From Sminthopsis crassicaudata (taxonomy: Eukaryota), in NCBI RefSeq assembly GCF_048593235.1, contig NC_133619.1:14150602-14214453 (forward strand): DNA of 63,852 nucleotides. Direction: 5' to 3'. This document shows positions 1 through 11,139 of this stretch, in pieces; positions within the stretch are counted from its first letter, which is position 1; each line of letters starts with the position of its first letter. A program made the translations under genes and the position numbers. Under the pieces are notes generated by a model that did no database searches, had not been told where the DNA came from, and was given only the letters and a program-made list of their open reading frames with translations.

Positions 1-52
1 TCTCTACATGTATCTATCCACCTATCTGTCTGTCTGTCTATCTATCTGTCTG

Positions 53-110
<58 letters not shown>

Positions 111-279
111 CTACCTCTGTTTTCTCTCTACATTTGTGTATCTATCCATCTATCTGTCTGTCTATTTATCTCTACCTCTGTTTTCTCTCTCCATCTGTCT
201 ATCTATCCATCTATCTGTCTATCTATCTCTACCACTGTTTTTTCTCTACATCTGTTTATCCACCTATCTGTCTGTCTGC

Positions 280-321
<42 letters not shown>

Positions 322-399
322 CTATCTCTGTTTTCTCCCTACATCTATCTGTCTATCTCTACCACTGTTTTTCTCTACATCTGTTTATCTATCTATCTA

Positions 400-430
<31 letters not shown>

Positions 431-514
431 CTACTACTATTTTCTCTCTACATCTGTCTATCCACCTATCTGTCTGTCTGTCTATCTATCTGTCTGTCTA
501 TTATCTATCTCTAG
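1..514. repeat. Compound (TCTA/TCTG)n microsatellite with an interspersed higher-order unit of about 60 bp
   Basis: TATC/TGTC runs are punctuated about 7 times by variants of ctacc(t/a)ctgttttctctctacatctgt; 1-65 is nearly identical to 445-510. Confidence 0.95.
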
Positions 515-774
515 ATATTTACAGCTTGTTTCCCTTATTAAAATGGACATTCTTTGGAAGAAGGGACTATAGTTTGATTGTTTTTGCTTTTCTTTTTATC
601 TAATTGTCTAATTCTATTTAATATAATTCTATCACTTGGTTAAATATTAAATATTTTCTTGTCTGGTTTCTGGTATTTTATTTGGGCATAGCATTTTGGA
701 CTATGCTTCTGTCTTGGAGGTTGGTTGACCACCTCTAAAATCTTATACAACCATCTACAGACTCAGCCACTCAC

Positions 775-855
775 GTGAACACACAGGCATCCGCTGAGGA
801 AAGAGCTATTGTAGAGATGCTTCAAAGAACTGTTAATTCCATGTGCACTTTCTGC
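775..855 (-). CDS. Candidate coding exon, unidentified (AESAHGINSSLKHLYNSSFLSGCLCVH)
   Basis: Minus strand: acceptor ttatttccag|G, donor CAC|gtgagt, 81 nt, open only in phase 0. No homology recognised. Confidence 0.25.
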
Positions 856-1697
856 CTGGAAATAACACTCGAAGTGTTACATAATTGAAGAAATTATCTC
901 ATCCACTCCAAATGTATTCACTCGGCTACATGAAACAGGCTTCTATTCAATGTCTTGCTTCTAATTCTAAGGCAGGGACAGAAACTGGTTTTTTTTTTGA
1001 CATAGGTATAGATTTCATGGGTCTAGTTAAGCAACTAGCATGTATCCTCTGAAAGGTATCACCACCATATCTCATTTGAGCTCCATCTGTGATTTTTTCA
1101 CTTTTTTTAGTGCCCAGATAATGATAGGTAAATGTTGTTATTCTCCAGACATCTCTGGAGTTTCTAGTGGCCTTTGTTCTTTATGAACAAATGATTGACT
1201 TTGAGCACTTTGTCCACATCCATGATGGGTGGTTGGTATCAGATTCTGAAAATGATGCTGGTCTGGGACTTTCTAATTCCCCCTTTTACATGGACCCTGT
1301 TCATTCACTCCAGAAATACCCTCAGCTCTTATCCCTAGGATGCCCCTGTACCAGACATGCTCATTTACCTCTGGCCCCATTTCCTACATGATCTACTTTT
1401 ATCTCTGACCAATTATTTGGGCTATGCCCACTATTTTCTCTTTCTGAGTTTAGAATGAACCCTTTTTATCTCGAAACATCTTTTATCTTCCACATATATA
1501 TGGATTTCTTCTGGAGCTCTGGCTGAAAGGCACTATAAAAGCTGTAGTTGGAAGAGACTTCAAAGCCCAGGCCATGATTGAAGCCTGAATCTTCTCTACA
1601 GGATCTCATTAAGTGGCCATGTAGTTTCTGCATAAAGGCCTCCAGGGAGGAGGAATTCCTGCCTTCCAAAACCAGCCCATCCCATATTTGGCCAAAT

Positions 1698-1790
1698 CTA
1701 TCGAATTTTTAGGAAGTTGTCATTATCCTCCTTCTCTTCTTCCTCCATCATCTTTTTCATTAGATCTATTATCTCATTGATGTGGGAAGC
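1698..1790 (-). CDS. Candidate terminal coding exon (ASHINEIIDLMKKMMEEEEKEDNDNFLKIR-stop)
   Basis: Acceptor ttttcaacacag|G, phase 0, 30 codons plus TAG; phase-compatible with the 2177-2090 exon. Confidence 0.3.
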   Translation of the reverse strand, partial: ASHINEIIDLMKKMMEEEEKEDNDNFLKIR

Positions 1791-2089
1791 CTGTGTTGAA
1801 AATCCTGTACTCAGCAGTCCCTCTGTGTTTTATGATCTTGGAAAATTACCTGGGGGGCAATTTCTTTTTTGTGCTAAAGCCATTCAGATTTCTTTCTTAG
1901 ATTTCATGTGATTTTTTTTCACATGAAATATTCCTGGACATTCAAAATTGTTTATGAATTAACAAAACACCCAACCTAACATTAGCTTTGGACACCTCTC
2001 TTATTTTGGAGTATTATATTAAGCTCACAGAAATAAGCTTTGAAAAAATCAACCTTTAAAATGTCGTTATCTCCAACCATGAATGGTAC

Positions 2090-2177
2090 CTCAAAAATCT
2101 CAGCAGCCTCGGTAGAGTAAACTAAGGTTTCAGTCATTTTTCTGGCAATCCCCATGGGGCAAGTGGCATCACTGTCC
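2090..2177 (-). CDS. Candidate coding exon (DSDATCPMGIARKMTETLVYSTEAAEIFE)
   Basis: Acceptor ctgtttcctccag|G, donor GAG|gtacca, 88 nt, phase 2 to 0; joins in frame to 3999-3907. Confidence 0.35.
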
Positions 2178-2639
2178 CTGGAGGAAACAGCGGAATTGAC
2201 ACTACCCTAATTCTGCTTGACAACCTGTTAACCTGTGGTTTTCCTCTGATTTTTAACTGATCAATCACTTATTACTGATTGAGTGCCTATGATTTGGGAG
2301 AAGGTGGTGTAGCTTACAAATGGGAGATCTGTTCCATGTTCCCTTCATCATCCAATACTTTTTCTTGTGTTCAGTTGAGGCTCAAGTCAATGCCCTGCCC
2401 TACCTTTAGTTTCAGAATCATGTCCTCCTTCCCAGTAGTTGTGGATGAAGAACATATTATTTATGATGTTTTTTGGACGAGCAAACATTCACCAACTAAA
2501 ATCCAACTTACCATGAACAACTCCTTGAAGTCCACCCAGCCTTGCCATCAGTTCTATTGCCATGCCCTCTGGACCCATTGGGCATTACCTTCTGACCTGT
2601 TTTTGTACCCTGAGGATTTTGGGATTTTGTTTGGTCTCT

Positions 2640-2790
2640 AAAGACTATCCTGTCTTTCCATTCATCTCTGAAACTAAATCCTCTTATATGTGTTGTCTCT
2701 CCTAATTAGAATGTAAGTTCCTTGGTGCATGGACTATGTTGCTTTTAAATCTATATCCTCAGTGTTTGGGTCATGAGAAGCAATAAATGA
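2640..2790 (+). mobile_element. L2 3'-end relic
   Basis: tagaatgtaagttccttggtgcatggactatg...tatatcctcagtg...aataaatg resembles the L2 terminus. Confidence 0.5.
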
Positions 2791-3140
2791 TTTCCCTTTC
2801 CATTACTTTTGAGAAAAAGCCGACAGGGTTTTGTGGTCTAGTTTCCTTTAATGGGTGTAGCAAACCAAGATGAAAATATCCACCATTTTGGTTGGTGTGA
2901 AATCTGCAGAATGTTCTTCTCTTTGTGCCTTTACTTTCCTCATTTGTGAAATGGAGATAATAAAGCTAGGTCTTCCTTCTTCACAGCAGAACTATGGGAA
3001 GAGTCTTTGTAAAATAGCCCTATAAAAATGATGCCATAAGAACTTTTACAACTTATATTTTACTCCTTTTAATATTTATTTTATGTCCCAGTCTTACACC
3101 TCTAATGATTCTCAGGGAGGATTGGACACTTTTTTTTTGA

Positions 3141-3510
3141 GATTTTTTAAATTAAAGCTTTTTATTTACAAAACATATGCATGGTTAATTTTTCAACACT
3201 AACCCTTGCAAAACCTTCTGTTCCAACTTTTCCCCTCCTTCCTCCCACCCCCTCCCCTAGATGGCAGATAGTCCCATACATGGTAAATATGTTAAAATAT
3301 ATGTTAAATCCAATATATGTGTACATATTTATACAGTTATCTTGCTGCACAAGAAAAATCAGATCAAGAAGGTAAAAACTGGGAAAGAAAACAAAATGCA
3401 AGAAAATAACAACAGAGAGAGTGAAGATGCTATGTTGTGGTCCACACGCAGCTTCCATGGTCCTCTCTCTGGGTATAGATGGCTCTCTTCATCACTGAAC
3501 AGTTGGAATG
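3141..3510 (-). mobile_element. Marsupial L1 3' end (5'-truncated)
   Basis: T-rich tail on the left, then the motifs acatatgcatgg, ccctcccctagatggc and cttgctgcacaagaaaaatcagatcaa seen in other L1 ends in this window. Confidence 0.85.
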
Positions 3511-3589
3511 GATTAGACACTTTTAAGAGATCCACAAAAGTGGGGTAATACTTTCAGGAAGCAGAATTATGGGCTATCCTAAAAGAAAC

Positions 3590-3745
3590 CTGAAAAGGAC
3601 CTTAGAGGCCATCAACTCTAATTTCCTCATGTTACAGATGGGGAAACCGAGTCACAGAGAGGTGAAGTGACTTGATTTGATTTGCCCAGGGTCATGCAGC
3701 TGGTGTCTGAAGCAGAATTTGGATCCAGATTTTCCTAACTCTATG
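3590..3745 (-). mobile_element. MIR3-type CORE-SINE
   Basis: ggaccttagaggccatc (L3-like tail) plus the CORE motif tacagatggggaaaccgag...gaagtgact...cccagggtca. Confidence 0.75.
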
Positions 3746-3906
3746 CTGATTTTAAGGGCAGAATAATGTAATAATTTGAATAATTTTGCATGTGTGTGCA
3801 GGTGTGTACGTCTGTAATACAGGGCAAAGTTCTATGACAAATGGGAAGAGGGAGTGAAGAATCATGTTTACCTGCAGATCAAGAGAGAGAAGACTTTCAG
3901 ACTCAC

Positions 3907-3999
3907 CTGTGCTGACTTGAAAAACCTTCTTTGGAACATATTATATCCATGAATAGGTCTCCCATTTCACCCCTATCTTTGGACTGAACTGTGATTTCA
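3907..3999 (-). CDS. Candidate coding exon (EITVQSKDRGEMGDLFMDIICSKEGFSSQH)
   Basis: Acceptor cctttccctatatcag|T, strong donor CAG|gtgagt, 93 nt, open in phase 2 to 2. Confidence 0.35.
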
Positions 4000-4796
4000 C
4001 TGATATAGGGAAAGGCAGCTCCCTCTCTCTATGCAGATCATTGACTCTTTTGTGTCTTGGAGTCTCAGAGAGTTGCTGAAAGCACCAAGAAATGAGATGA
4101 GTGGGCCAAGGTCTCACAGGCCTGATGGGACTTGATCTCAGATCTTCCCAACAAAGCATACTTTTTAGAACTGAGCAGATTGGATTAAGTGCCTGCTATG
4201 TGCGAGGTACTGAGCAAAGTGCTGAGCTCACCTGCCAAGAGTTAGAAGGGGAGAGAAGGTGTGTTGTATGAAAATAACTAGGAAATAAATTAAGATGACG
4301 TGAACACTGAGGAGAATCCCAGGCACGAAGCAAGAGGAACACGAGGAAGGAGCGAGTCTGGCAGAGGCAGTCCTGTGTCGTGGGAAGGGGCAAAATCTGG
4401 ACCTTGACAGATTTTTAGCTCTAGACCTAAGATCCTCTGTTCTTCTGGATAGTGAGAAAACAAGTATTGGTTAAATGCTTGTTCTGGGCCAGGATGGGGC
4501 AAGGCTACAAGGAAAAAAGAAAAATAAGTTGTGCCCTCAGTAGGCTTATATTTTAAGTAAATGGGCCTGGAATTGGACATGAACATTTGTAAAATGTACA
4601 AAGCTTCCTACCATGTCCCATTCCTAGTTGATTAAAGCAGGCAATCATGGCCATTTCTATAAAAAAGCTGACCTTAAGACTCTTGATACAATTCTATAGT
4701 TTGCACTCACCCCATTTGGGCTTCTTTTTTCAGAAACAAGATCTACTGTGTATTATCTGTGGTAAGTTTCTAACCTTAGAAATACCACTCTAGAAC

Positions 4797-4981
4797 TAGG
4801 TTTCTTAACCTATTTTAGGGAAGCCTTGAATTTGGATGAAAATTTCCTTATTTTTATTAACCTCTAACTGAAAATGATCATTTCTTTCCTTTCATTTTTT
4901 TTTTTAATTCTGAGAAGGGATCCATGGGATGCACCAGACTTCCAGAGGTCCCATGACATAAAAATGTTAAAAACCCTTTGT
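4797..4981. mobile_element. Non-autonomous hAT (Charlie-like) relic
   Basis: Ends aggtttcttaacct and tgttaaaaaccct; internal ctgagaagggatccatggg...gtcccatgacataaaaa is shared with copies at 28.4, 30.7, 49.2 and 57.6 kb. Confidence 0.6.
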
Positions 4982-5439
4982 AAGGACATCATCTTTCTGA
5001 ATGGTCTCTTTACATTTGATCCCTTACATTTGAGATGGTTTGAATACATTTTGTGTTTGCTGAGGGCTTTTGCAGAGAACCACTGAATCCTGACCAACCA
5101 ACTGTTTGCAAGTGCCTCTTCCCCTCATCCCCTGAGGAATAATAGGGTAGCAAGAGGGAAGAGGACAATTTATGCTCTTCATTTACAGCCAATTCTTATG
5201 TTATGCAATTTTCCAGCGCAAGGGACATTAAAGGACCAAAATGTGCAATTCTGTAATAAAATACGCTCCCCCGAAGGTAATATTTCACTTTCACACAATA
5301 TTGGCTGCAATGAATAAACCACCAGAAAACTTGTCCAATAAATGCTTCCTTTCCTCCTGAGTACACAGGACTGAAGTTTCCTTTCCTCCATGTTCCTCAG
5401 AGAACCAAAACATAATGGGAAAGACAATCATAGTCAGCT

Positions 5440-5680
5440 AGAGGGTGTCATGGTGGATAGAGCACTGGAGCAGGAGTCAGGAAAGCTGATGTGGCCTGGT
5501 TCAGGCATTTATTATTTGTGTGACCCAGACTTGACCATCCCTCCCTTAATTTCCTCAGCTTTAATTTGGAGATAATAATAGCACTGGTCTCATAGGATCA
5601 TTTTGATGATCAAATGAGATAACATTTATGTAAAATATTTTGCAAACTAGGTGTTATATAAATGATGGTTATTATTATTA
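5440..5680 (+). mobile_element. MIR SINE
   Basis: ggtgtcatggtggatagagcactggagcaggagtcagg, CORE region, and the tail gatcaaatgagataacatttatgtaaa. Confidence 0.8.
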
Positions 5681-6559
5681 TCTTTAAAGACACAATATTA
5701 AATAATTGACAAATGTTTGTTGATAGACAACAACCACCTGGACCCCTTGTATTTATTCCAGTGATTTGTGTTTTATGATCACTACTCTTAAAACCAAGCT
5801 CATGCACTTTCTTCAATTTGGACACTTCCTTCTTTTTTTCTTCACACATCACAAATCAATCCTTATCTCCACATCCACTTTAAAAAATTAAAAAAAATTC
5901 ACAGTCTCATTACCCATAACATCCTCAGGGACAGAACATGCTAGTGTGCATCATGTGAGAAGGTTCCCTAATAAGCAATAATTCCATAAACTCCTTTCCA
6001 ATTTATTTCAACTCTTCCAGGACAGAGTTTTGTGTTCATTGGCAACATTCCCAGTACATACAATTTTTTTTTAAATTGTAGATTTTTTTTTAAAAAAAAT
6101 TGAGAAGGATCACTGAGTGAGGGATGGGAAGAACATTTTATACCCATTAGATTTACACACAGACCTAGTAATTTTCATAATATCTCTATTCATCAAGAGT
6201 TGTTATGAAATAACAACTAGAGCTAACATTCTCCAAGTTCTTTGGTACAGATGGGCCAGTCAGCACAGGGGGATATGTTTTATAAGCATTGTGCTGTTGT
6301 GTGACTCAGATGTGGGAAATTTACCATCATAGAAAAATGGCCACTGTTTTGTGGGGGTAACCAGTTAATAATGTCCACCAAGTTTATAAAATCTTCAGGT
6401 CTCTAGTCTTGTGTCCACCTTTTTTGGGGGGTAGCCAGCTACTAATGTCCATTAATGTCTCCAGATCTCTACTCGAGGAGCTTGGATTCTGAGGAAGGAA
6501 AGAACCTATGAGGTAAACTGAGTCAGTTGCCATGGAGCTCAGTTGTAGGACCAGTGGAA

Positions 6560-6725
6560 GTCACAGAATCATAGGATTTAGAGGTGGAAGGAATCTTAGA
6601 ATCAATCTACTCTACCTCCCTCACTTTCCAGAACTCTGATCTGGAGACTTGCCCAAAGTCACACCAATAGTGAGAAGCAGATTTGGACTTCAAACCAAAG
6701 TTGTCCCAATCCAATGCTCCCTTCA
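6560..6725 (-). mobile_element. MIR3-type SINE
   Basis: tcacagaatcataggatttagaggtggaaggaatcttag tail followed by gacttgcccaaagtcacac. Confidence 0.7.
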
Positions 6726-7139
6726 CTGTATCCAAAATCCTCCAGAAATTCTGGGTTTTTTAGTTTTCAACTTGCAAGACCTGAAGACCCGAATGTCAAG
6801 CTTTAACCTATCTTATTTTTACTAAATTTAGTCCTGAGTCTGGGAGGGCTGAGCTACAGACCCTCATCAAGAGTTCCCTCATCATCAGCAACCTTTGGCA
6901 CAAGAATCTTCACCCTGAAGAGGAAGTCAAAGTTCTAGGGTTTTAGATCCTGGGTATCCTAACTTCTAGTTGATATTATTAATTATTTTATGATCATGAT
7001 GAATCAATCAATCAACCAACTAACCAACAAGCATTTAGGGGATGCACTGAATCAGCAGAAATTTCCAATGTACTTTTGACCATAGAGTCTTAAGAATATG
7101 ATGATGATGATGAGAGTATTTATCATCATAATGAGATTT

Positions 7140-7350
7140 ATCATCACAATAACTGACATTTACAATATGTCATGGTTCTTCCTATTTAAACCTCACAATA
7201 GCTTTGTGAGATAGAGACTACAAATATTATGATCTTCATTTTACAGAGGAAGAAACTGAAGATCAGGGAGATTAAGGGATCTGTCCATGGTCACCTAGTT
7301 AAGGGAGGATTTGAACTCAGGTTTTCCTGGCTCCGGGCCCAACACTGTAC
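7140..7350 (-). mobile_element. MIR SINE
   Basis: cctcacaatagctttgtgag...cattttacagaggaagaaactgaa...ggatttgaactcagg. Confidence 0.7.
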
Positions 7351-7487
7351 TCATAAAATGAGTTCACATTTGTAGTCACTGTAGCTATAAGATGGAAGGA
7401 AAGTCTCTTAGTAATGGTGATTTGGAGAAGGCTTCAGGGAGCAAAGATGAGAGAGGAATGAGGCTAAATTAAAGGGAAAATGTTATG

Positions 7488-7870
7488 AGATCACAGTTTT
7501 AGAACGGAAAAGGGTCCCATAAGCCTTTTAGTCCAACTTCTTGCATTTTATAGATAGGCCAGTAGAGGTGCAGGGGATCTGAAGGACTTCTCTGAGGTCC
7601 CACAGATAGCATGTGACAGACTTCCTTTAAGAATCCATGTGCACTGACTCAAACCCAGAATTTCCTTTTGCTACCCCAAGAGAACACAGACTTAGAACTG
7701 TGTCCTTTGGACCTTGAGATTATTCAATCCAACCCCTTATTTGTATATAAGATCAGGCTGAGCTCTAGAGAAGTTGCTAACTGCTCAAGATTACGTGTCA
7801 AAAACAGGATCTGAACCTAAGGTTTCTGGCTCTAAATCCATCATCCTTTCTCCTGGATTTCCTTGCCTCT
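7488..7870 (-). mobile_element. Two degraded MIR3-type SINEs
   Basis: Two tagtccaac/caatccaacccc...tttta/ttgta CORE-SINE segments. Confidence 0.55.
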
Positions 7871-8518
7871 CTTTGTAATGAGACAGAATTCCTTGCAGAT
7901 TTTATCAGGAAATTTATACAAATTTCAGCCTAATTGGGTTCTAAGAACTTAGATAACACAGCAAGGAAGAAAATTAACAAAACATGTTTTGGGATTAAAG
8001 AGAAGGGATCTAGTCCATCCCTCCAGTTCCCCAGATTCCCAGGCAAATTTGGCTTTCTCTTTTGCCTCTTTCCTCTAGCTTTCTTCTAACTTCCATTGCT
8101 TATTGTCTTGTGGAAATAAAAAAGAATAGAATTTTGGCTCATAGCAAGCCACCTGCAGGAGCTTACAGACCCACCTGGGCTGTGCAGTTCAGGACCTGGA
8201 GAAGGATTTCAGTAGGAGGAGCTCTGGAGCTGTTGTTGGGAACCAGCAGGAGGAGATTCTGCATCAGAACAGAAGGCATTCTCAAGGATGAAACCTCTTG
8301 CAGTGGCAAGTGACCAGCCTTTGCCACTTGCCAAGAGAAAGGATCCTAATACAGGTAAACTCCTGAAAATGACCACGATCTCAGCAGGAAAATACAGGCT
8401 AAGAAATCTCAGAACAATTTGGGGGCTGGCCCTTTCAGCTTCCTGCAAGCACATTCTCTCTGATATGGACAGTGGGTACATAGTATAGTGATGGAGACTT
8501 TCTTTCTTGTTTTTTTTC

Positions 8519-8674
8519 NNNNNNNNNNNNNNNNNNNNNNNNNNNNNNNNNNNNNNNNNNNNNNNNNNNNNNNNNNNNNNNNNNNNNNNNNNNNNNNNNN
8601 NNNNNNNNNNNNNNNNNNNNNNNNNNNNNNNNNNNNNNNNNNNNNNNNNNNNNNNNNNNNNNNNNNNNNNNNNN
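8519..8674. other. Assembly gap (156 N)
   Basis: Run of N. Confidence 1.
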
Positions 8675-9167
8675 AGATTCTGTAGCTAGAGACCCCTCGG
8701 ATTTGGACATAGAAGAAATAAGTGATATAAACATCAACCTCACTGCAGGCAAGAAGGGACCTACACAGGCTTCTTTATTTTCCTTCTTCCTTCTGGCTTT
8801 GGCAGATGCTCGAGTTTCTAGTGGACGTTACCAGATGCTTTGTGTCGAAATAATATTGCAAATCTTGAGTTGTCCTTATTAGTAATGTGGTATTTCACTG
8901 GTTGCTGTGGAACAGATAGATTTACTTATCTATTTCTTATTTATTGAATTGAACTAAATAGAATTCAATGTTTAATTAAATAATGATATATGGAAATTAT
9001 GTATAAAGTATGTTATCAGAGAAATATCTGGTGAATCTGGCTACTGTGTAAGAGAGAGGGGTAGCTTATGGACAACCTATTTAAAATACAGGGATGTCTT
9101 GGAGATATTTTGGATTCAATTCTAGACTATATAATAAAGCAAATATCAAACTAAAACTGAGTCATAT

Positions 9168-9425
9168 TGGGCATCTAGGTGGTACAGCAGATAGAGTTCC
9201 AGACTTAGTGTCAGTAAAACCCATTTTCTTTTGTTGCAATAGGACCTCAAACACTTACTAGCTGCGGAATTCTGGGAAAGCCATTTAATCTGGTTTGTCC
9301 CAGTTCCTCATCTGTAAAATGGGCTTCAGAAGGCAATGCCAAATCATCCTCGTATCTTTGCCAAGAAAACCCCAAATAAGGTCAGGAAGAGTTGGGCTGC
9401 AACTGAAAAATGACTAAGCAATTGA
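9168..9425 (+). mobile_element. Mar1 SINE (CORE plus RTE-like tail)
   Basis: gggcatctaggtggtacagcagatagag head; tail gtatctttgccaagaaaaccccaaat...gagttggg...actgaaaaatgact. Confidence 0.8.
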
Positions 9426-9529
9426 AATGAATTTTTTGCTCCCCTGGTGCATTTAAAAGTTAAGCATCTATCACACTGTGATTTATTTAGTATAACAGTA
9501 TTATATCTTTAAAAGTACATCCTTTAATT

Positions 9530-9664
9530 TTTTTTATTTATAATTTTTTATATGCATGAGTAATTTTTTAAATAATATTATCCCTTGTATTCATTTTTCC
9601 AAATTATCCCCTCCCTCCCTCTATTCCCTCCCCTTGATGACAGGCAATCCCATACATTTTACAT
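9530..9664 (-). mobile_element. Short L1 3' fragment with 16-bp TSD
   Basis: TSD agtacatcctttaatt at 9514-9529 and 9665-9680. Confidence 0.9.
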
Positions 9665-10327
9665 AGTACATCCTTTAATTAAAAATATTTTACTGCTAAA
9701 AATGTTGACATCATCTGTGCCTTCAGCCGGCTGCAACCTTTTGTACTGGCAGAGCGTCTTGTCTTGACGTTGATGGCTGCTGATTGATCAGGGTGGTGGT
9801 TGCTGAAGGCTGGGGTGACAGTGGCCATTTCTTAAAACAAGACAATAAGGAAGTTTGCCACATCAACTTACCTGAAATTTGCCTAATTTCAATATAGTTG
9901 TGTCTCAGGAAATAGGAAAGCCCAAGGAGAGGGAGAGAGAGTGGAGCAGTCAGAACATACAAAATATATCTCAATTGAATTTGTTGTTTTATATGGGCAT
10001 GGTTTGTGGTGTCCCAAAACAATTCCAACGGTAACATCAAAGATTCCTATTCATAGATAGGCAGAATAATAATAATAACCATGATAGACAGAATAATAAT
10101 GAAAAAGACTGAAATATTGTGAAAATTATCAAAATGGGACACAGACACATGATGTGAACACACACTGTTGCAAAAATGGCATTGAGAGAAATTACATGTC
10201 ATTAAAAATTCTTTTTTTTAAATGCAATATCTTCACAGCAAAATGAGATACATTTGTACTCTATTGGTAGACACCTGATGTCCAAAGAAAGCCACCTGCA
10301 TGTTGTATGGACCCACTGGAAAGAATT

Positions 10328-10480
10328 CTTTTTTTTTTTTTTTTTTTCTGAGGCTGGGGTTAAGTGACTTGCCCAGGGTCACACAGCTAGGACGTGTTAA
10401 GTGTCTGAGATCAGATTTGAACTCTGGTCCTCCTGAATTCAAGGCTGGTGCTCTATCTACTGCACCACCTAGCTGCCCCT
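10328..10480 (-). mobile_element. Young WSINE1-type SINE
   Basis: Poly-T tail of about 19 nt; TSD cactggaaagaatt at 10314-10327 and 10481-10494; tRNA-like head. Confidence 0.92.
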
Positions 10481-11139
10481 CACTGGAAAGAATTATAGAA
10501 GATCTTGAACAAATATCGCATAGGGTGACAGATGTAAAGGAGTTGAAATCTCCATTGTTGGAAGGGACACACAGCCTAGAATCTAAGAATTAGAATGGAC
10601 CTTAATTGCAATCTAGTTTAACCCATTCCTATTATGAAATCCTAGGACTATTGAATTTTGGATATTAGGCATTCTTTATCTTGTCAGAAAAAACCTGCAA
10701 TAATAGCTAATGAGAATAATAAAGACTGATACAACACTTTGAGATTTGTAAAGCACCTTACAACTATCAGGTCATTTTATTGTCACAACAATTTTGGGAG
10801 CAGATTGTGGTGCCCCTTTTTACAGATGAGGGAACTGAGGCTATTTTCTGTCCTTAGCACTATAGGTTAAAGACCTGGAAGTGTCAAGAAGTGGTCATTC
10901 TCAATGTACTTTGTTCACTTTTTTGAACAAGATTACTGGACTGGAAAATGAAGGATGTTGTAGAAAAAATTTGCCCAGATTTCAGTTTAGTATTTTATAC
11001 TCTCCCTTGCTAGTCTTGTAAAAGAGATGGAGAGATGTGATCTACACAATTAGGTGTATTTGGAAGCAGTAGAATGGTTGGGGATCAGAGTAATTAGGAA
11101 TAATATGAGGTCTTTGTAGAAAAAGTTGTGGAGTGACTC

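Larger units (their letters stand above)
9089..10256 (-). mobile_element. Internally deleted Tigger1-like TcMar element, split by a Mar1 SINE and an L1 fragment
   Basis: TA at 9087-88 and 10257-58; degenerate TIRs; minus-strand peptide PQPSATTTLINQQPSTSRQD matches the Tigger1/TIGD1 transposase C-terminus. Confidence 0.85.

Noticed and set aside
8-603. 168-aa and 155-aa ORFs
   Set aside because: Translations of the TATC/TGTC microsatellite.
8435-8752. ORFs spanning the N run
   Set aside because: Open only because Ns contain no stop codons.
9860-9880. Consensus minus-strand donor CAG|gtaagt
   Set aside because: It sits at the deletion junction of the Tigger relic with no supporting acceptor.
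10328-10480. tRNA gene call for SINE heads (also 30019, 38064, 50035)
   Set aside because: A and B boxes are present but continue into SINE body, tail and TSD; no cloverleaf.
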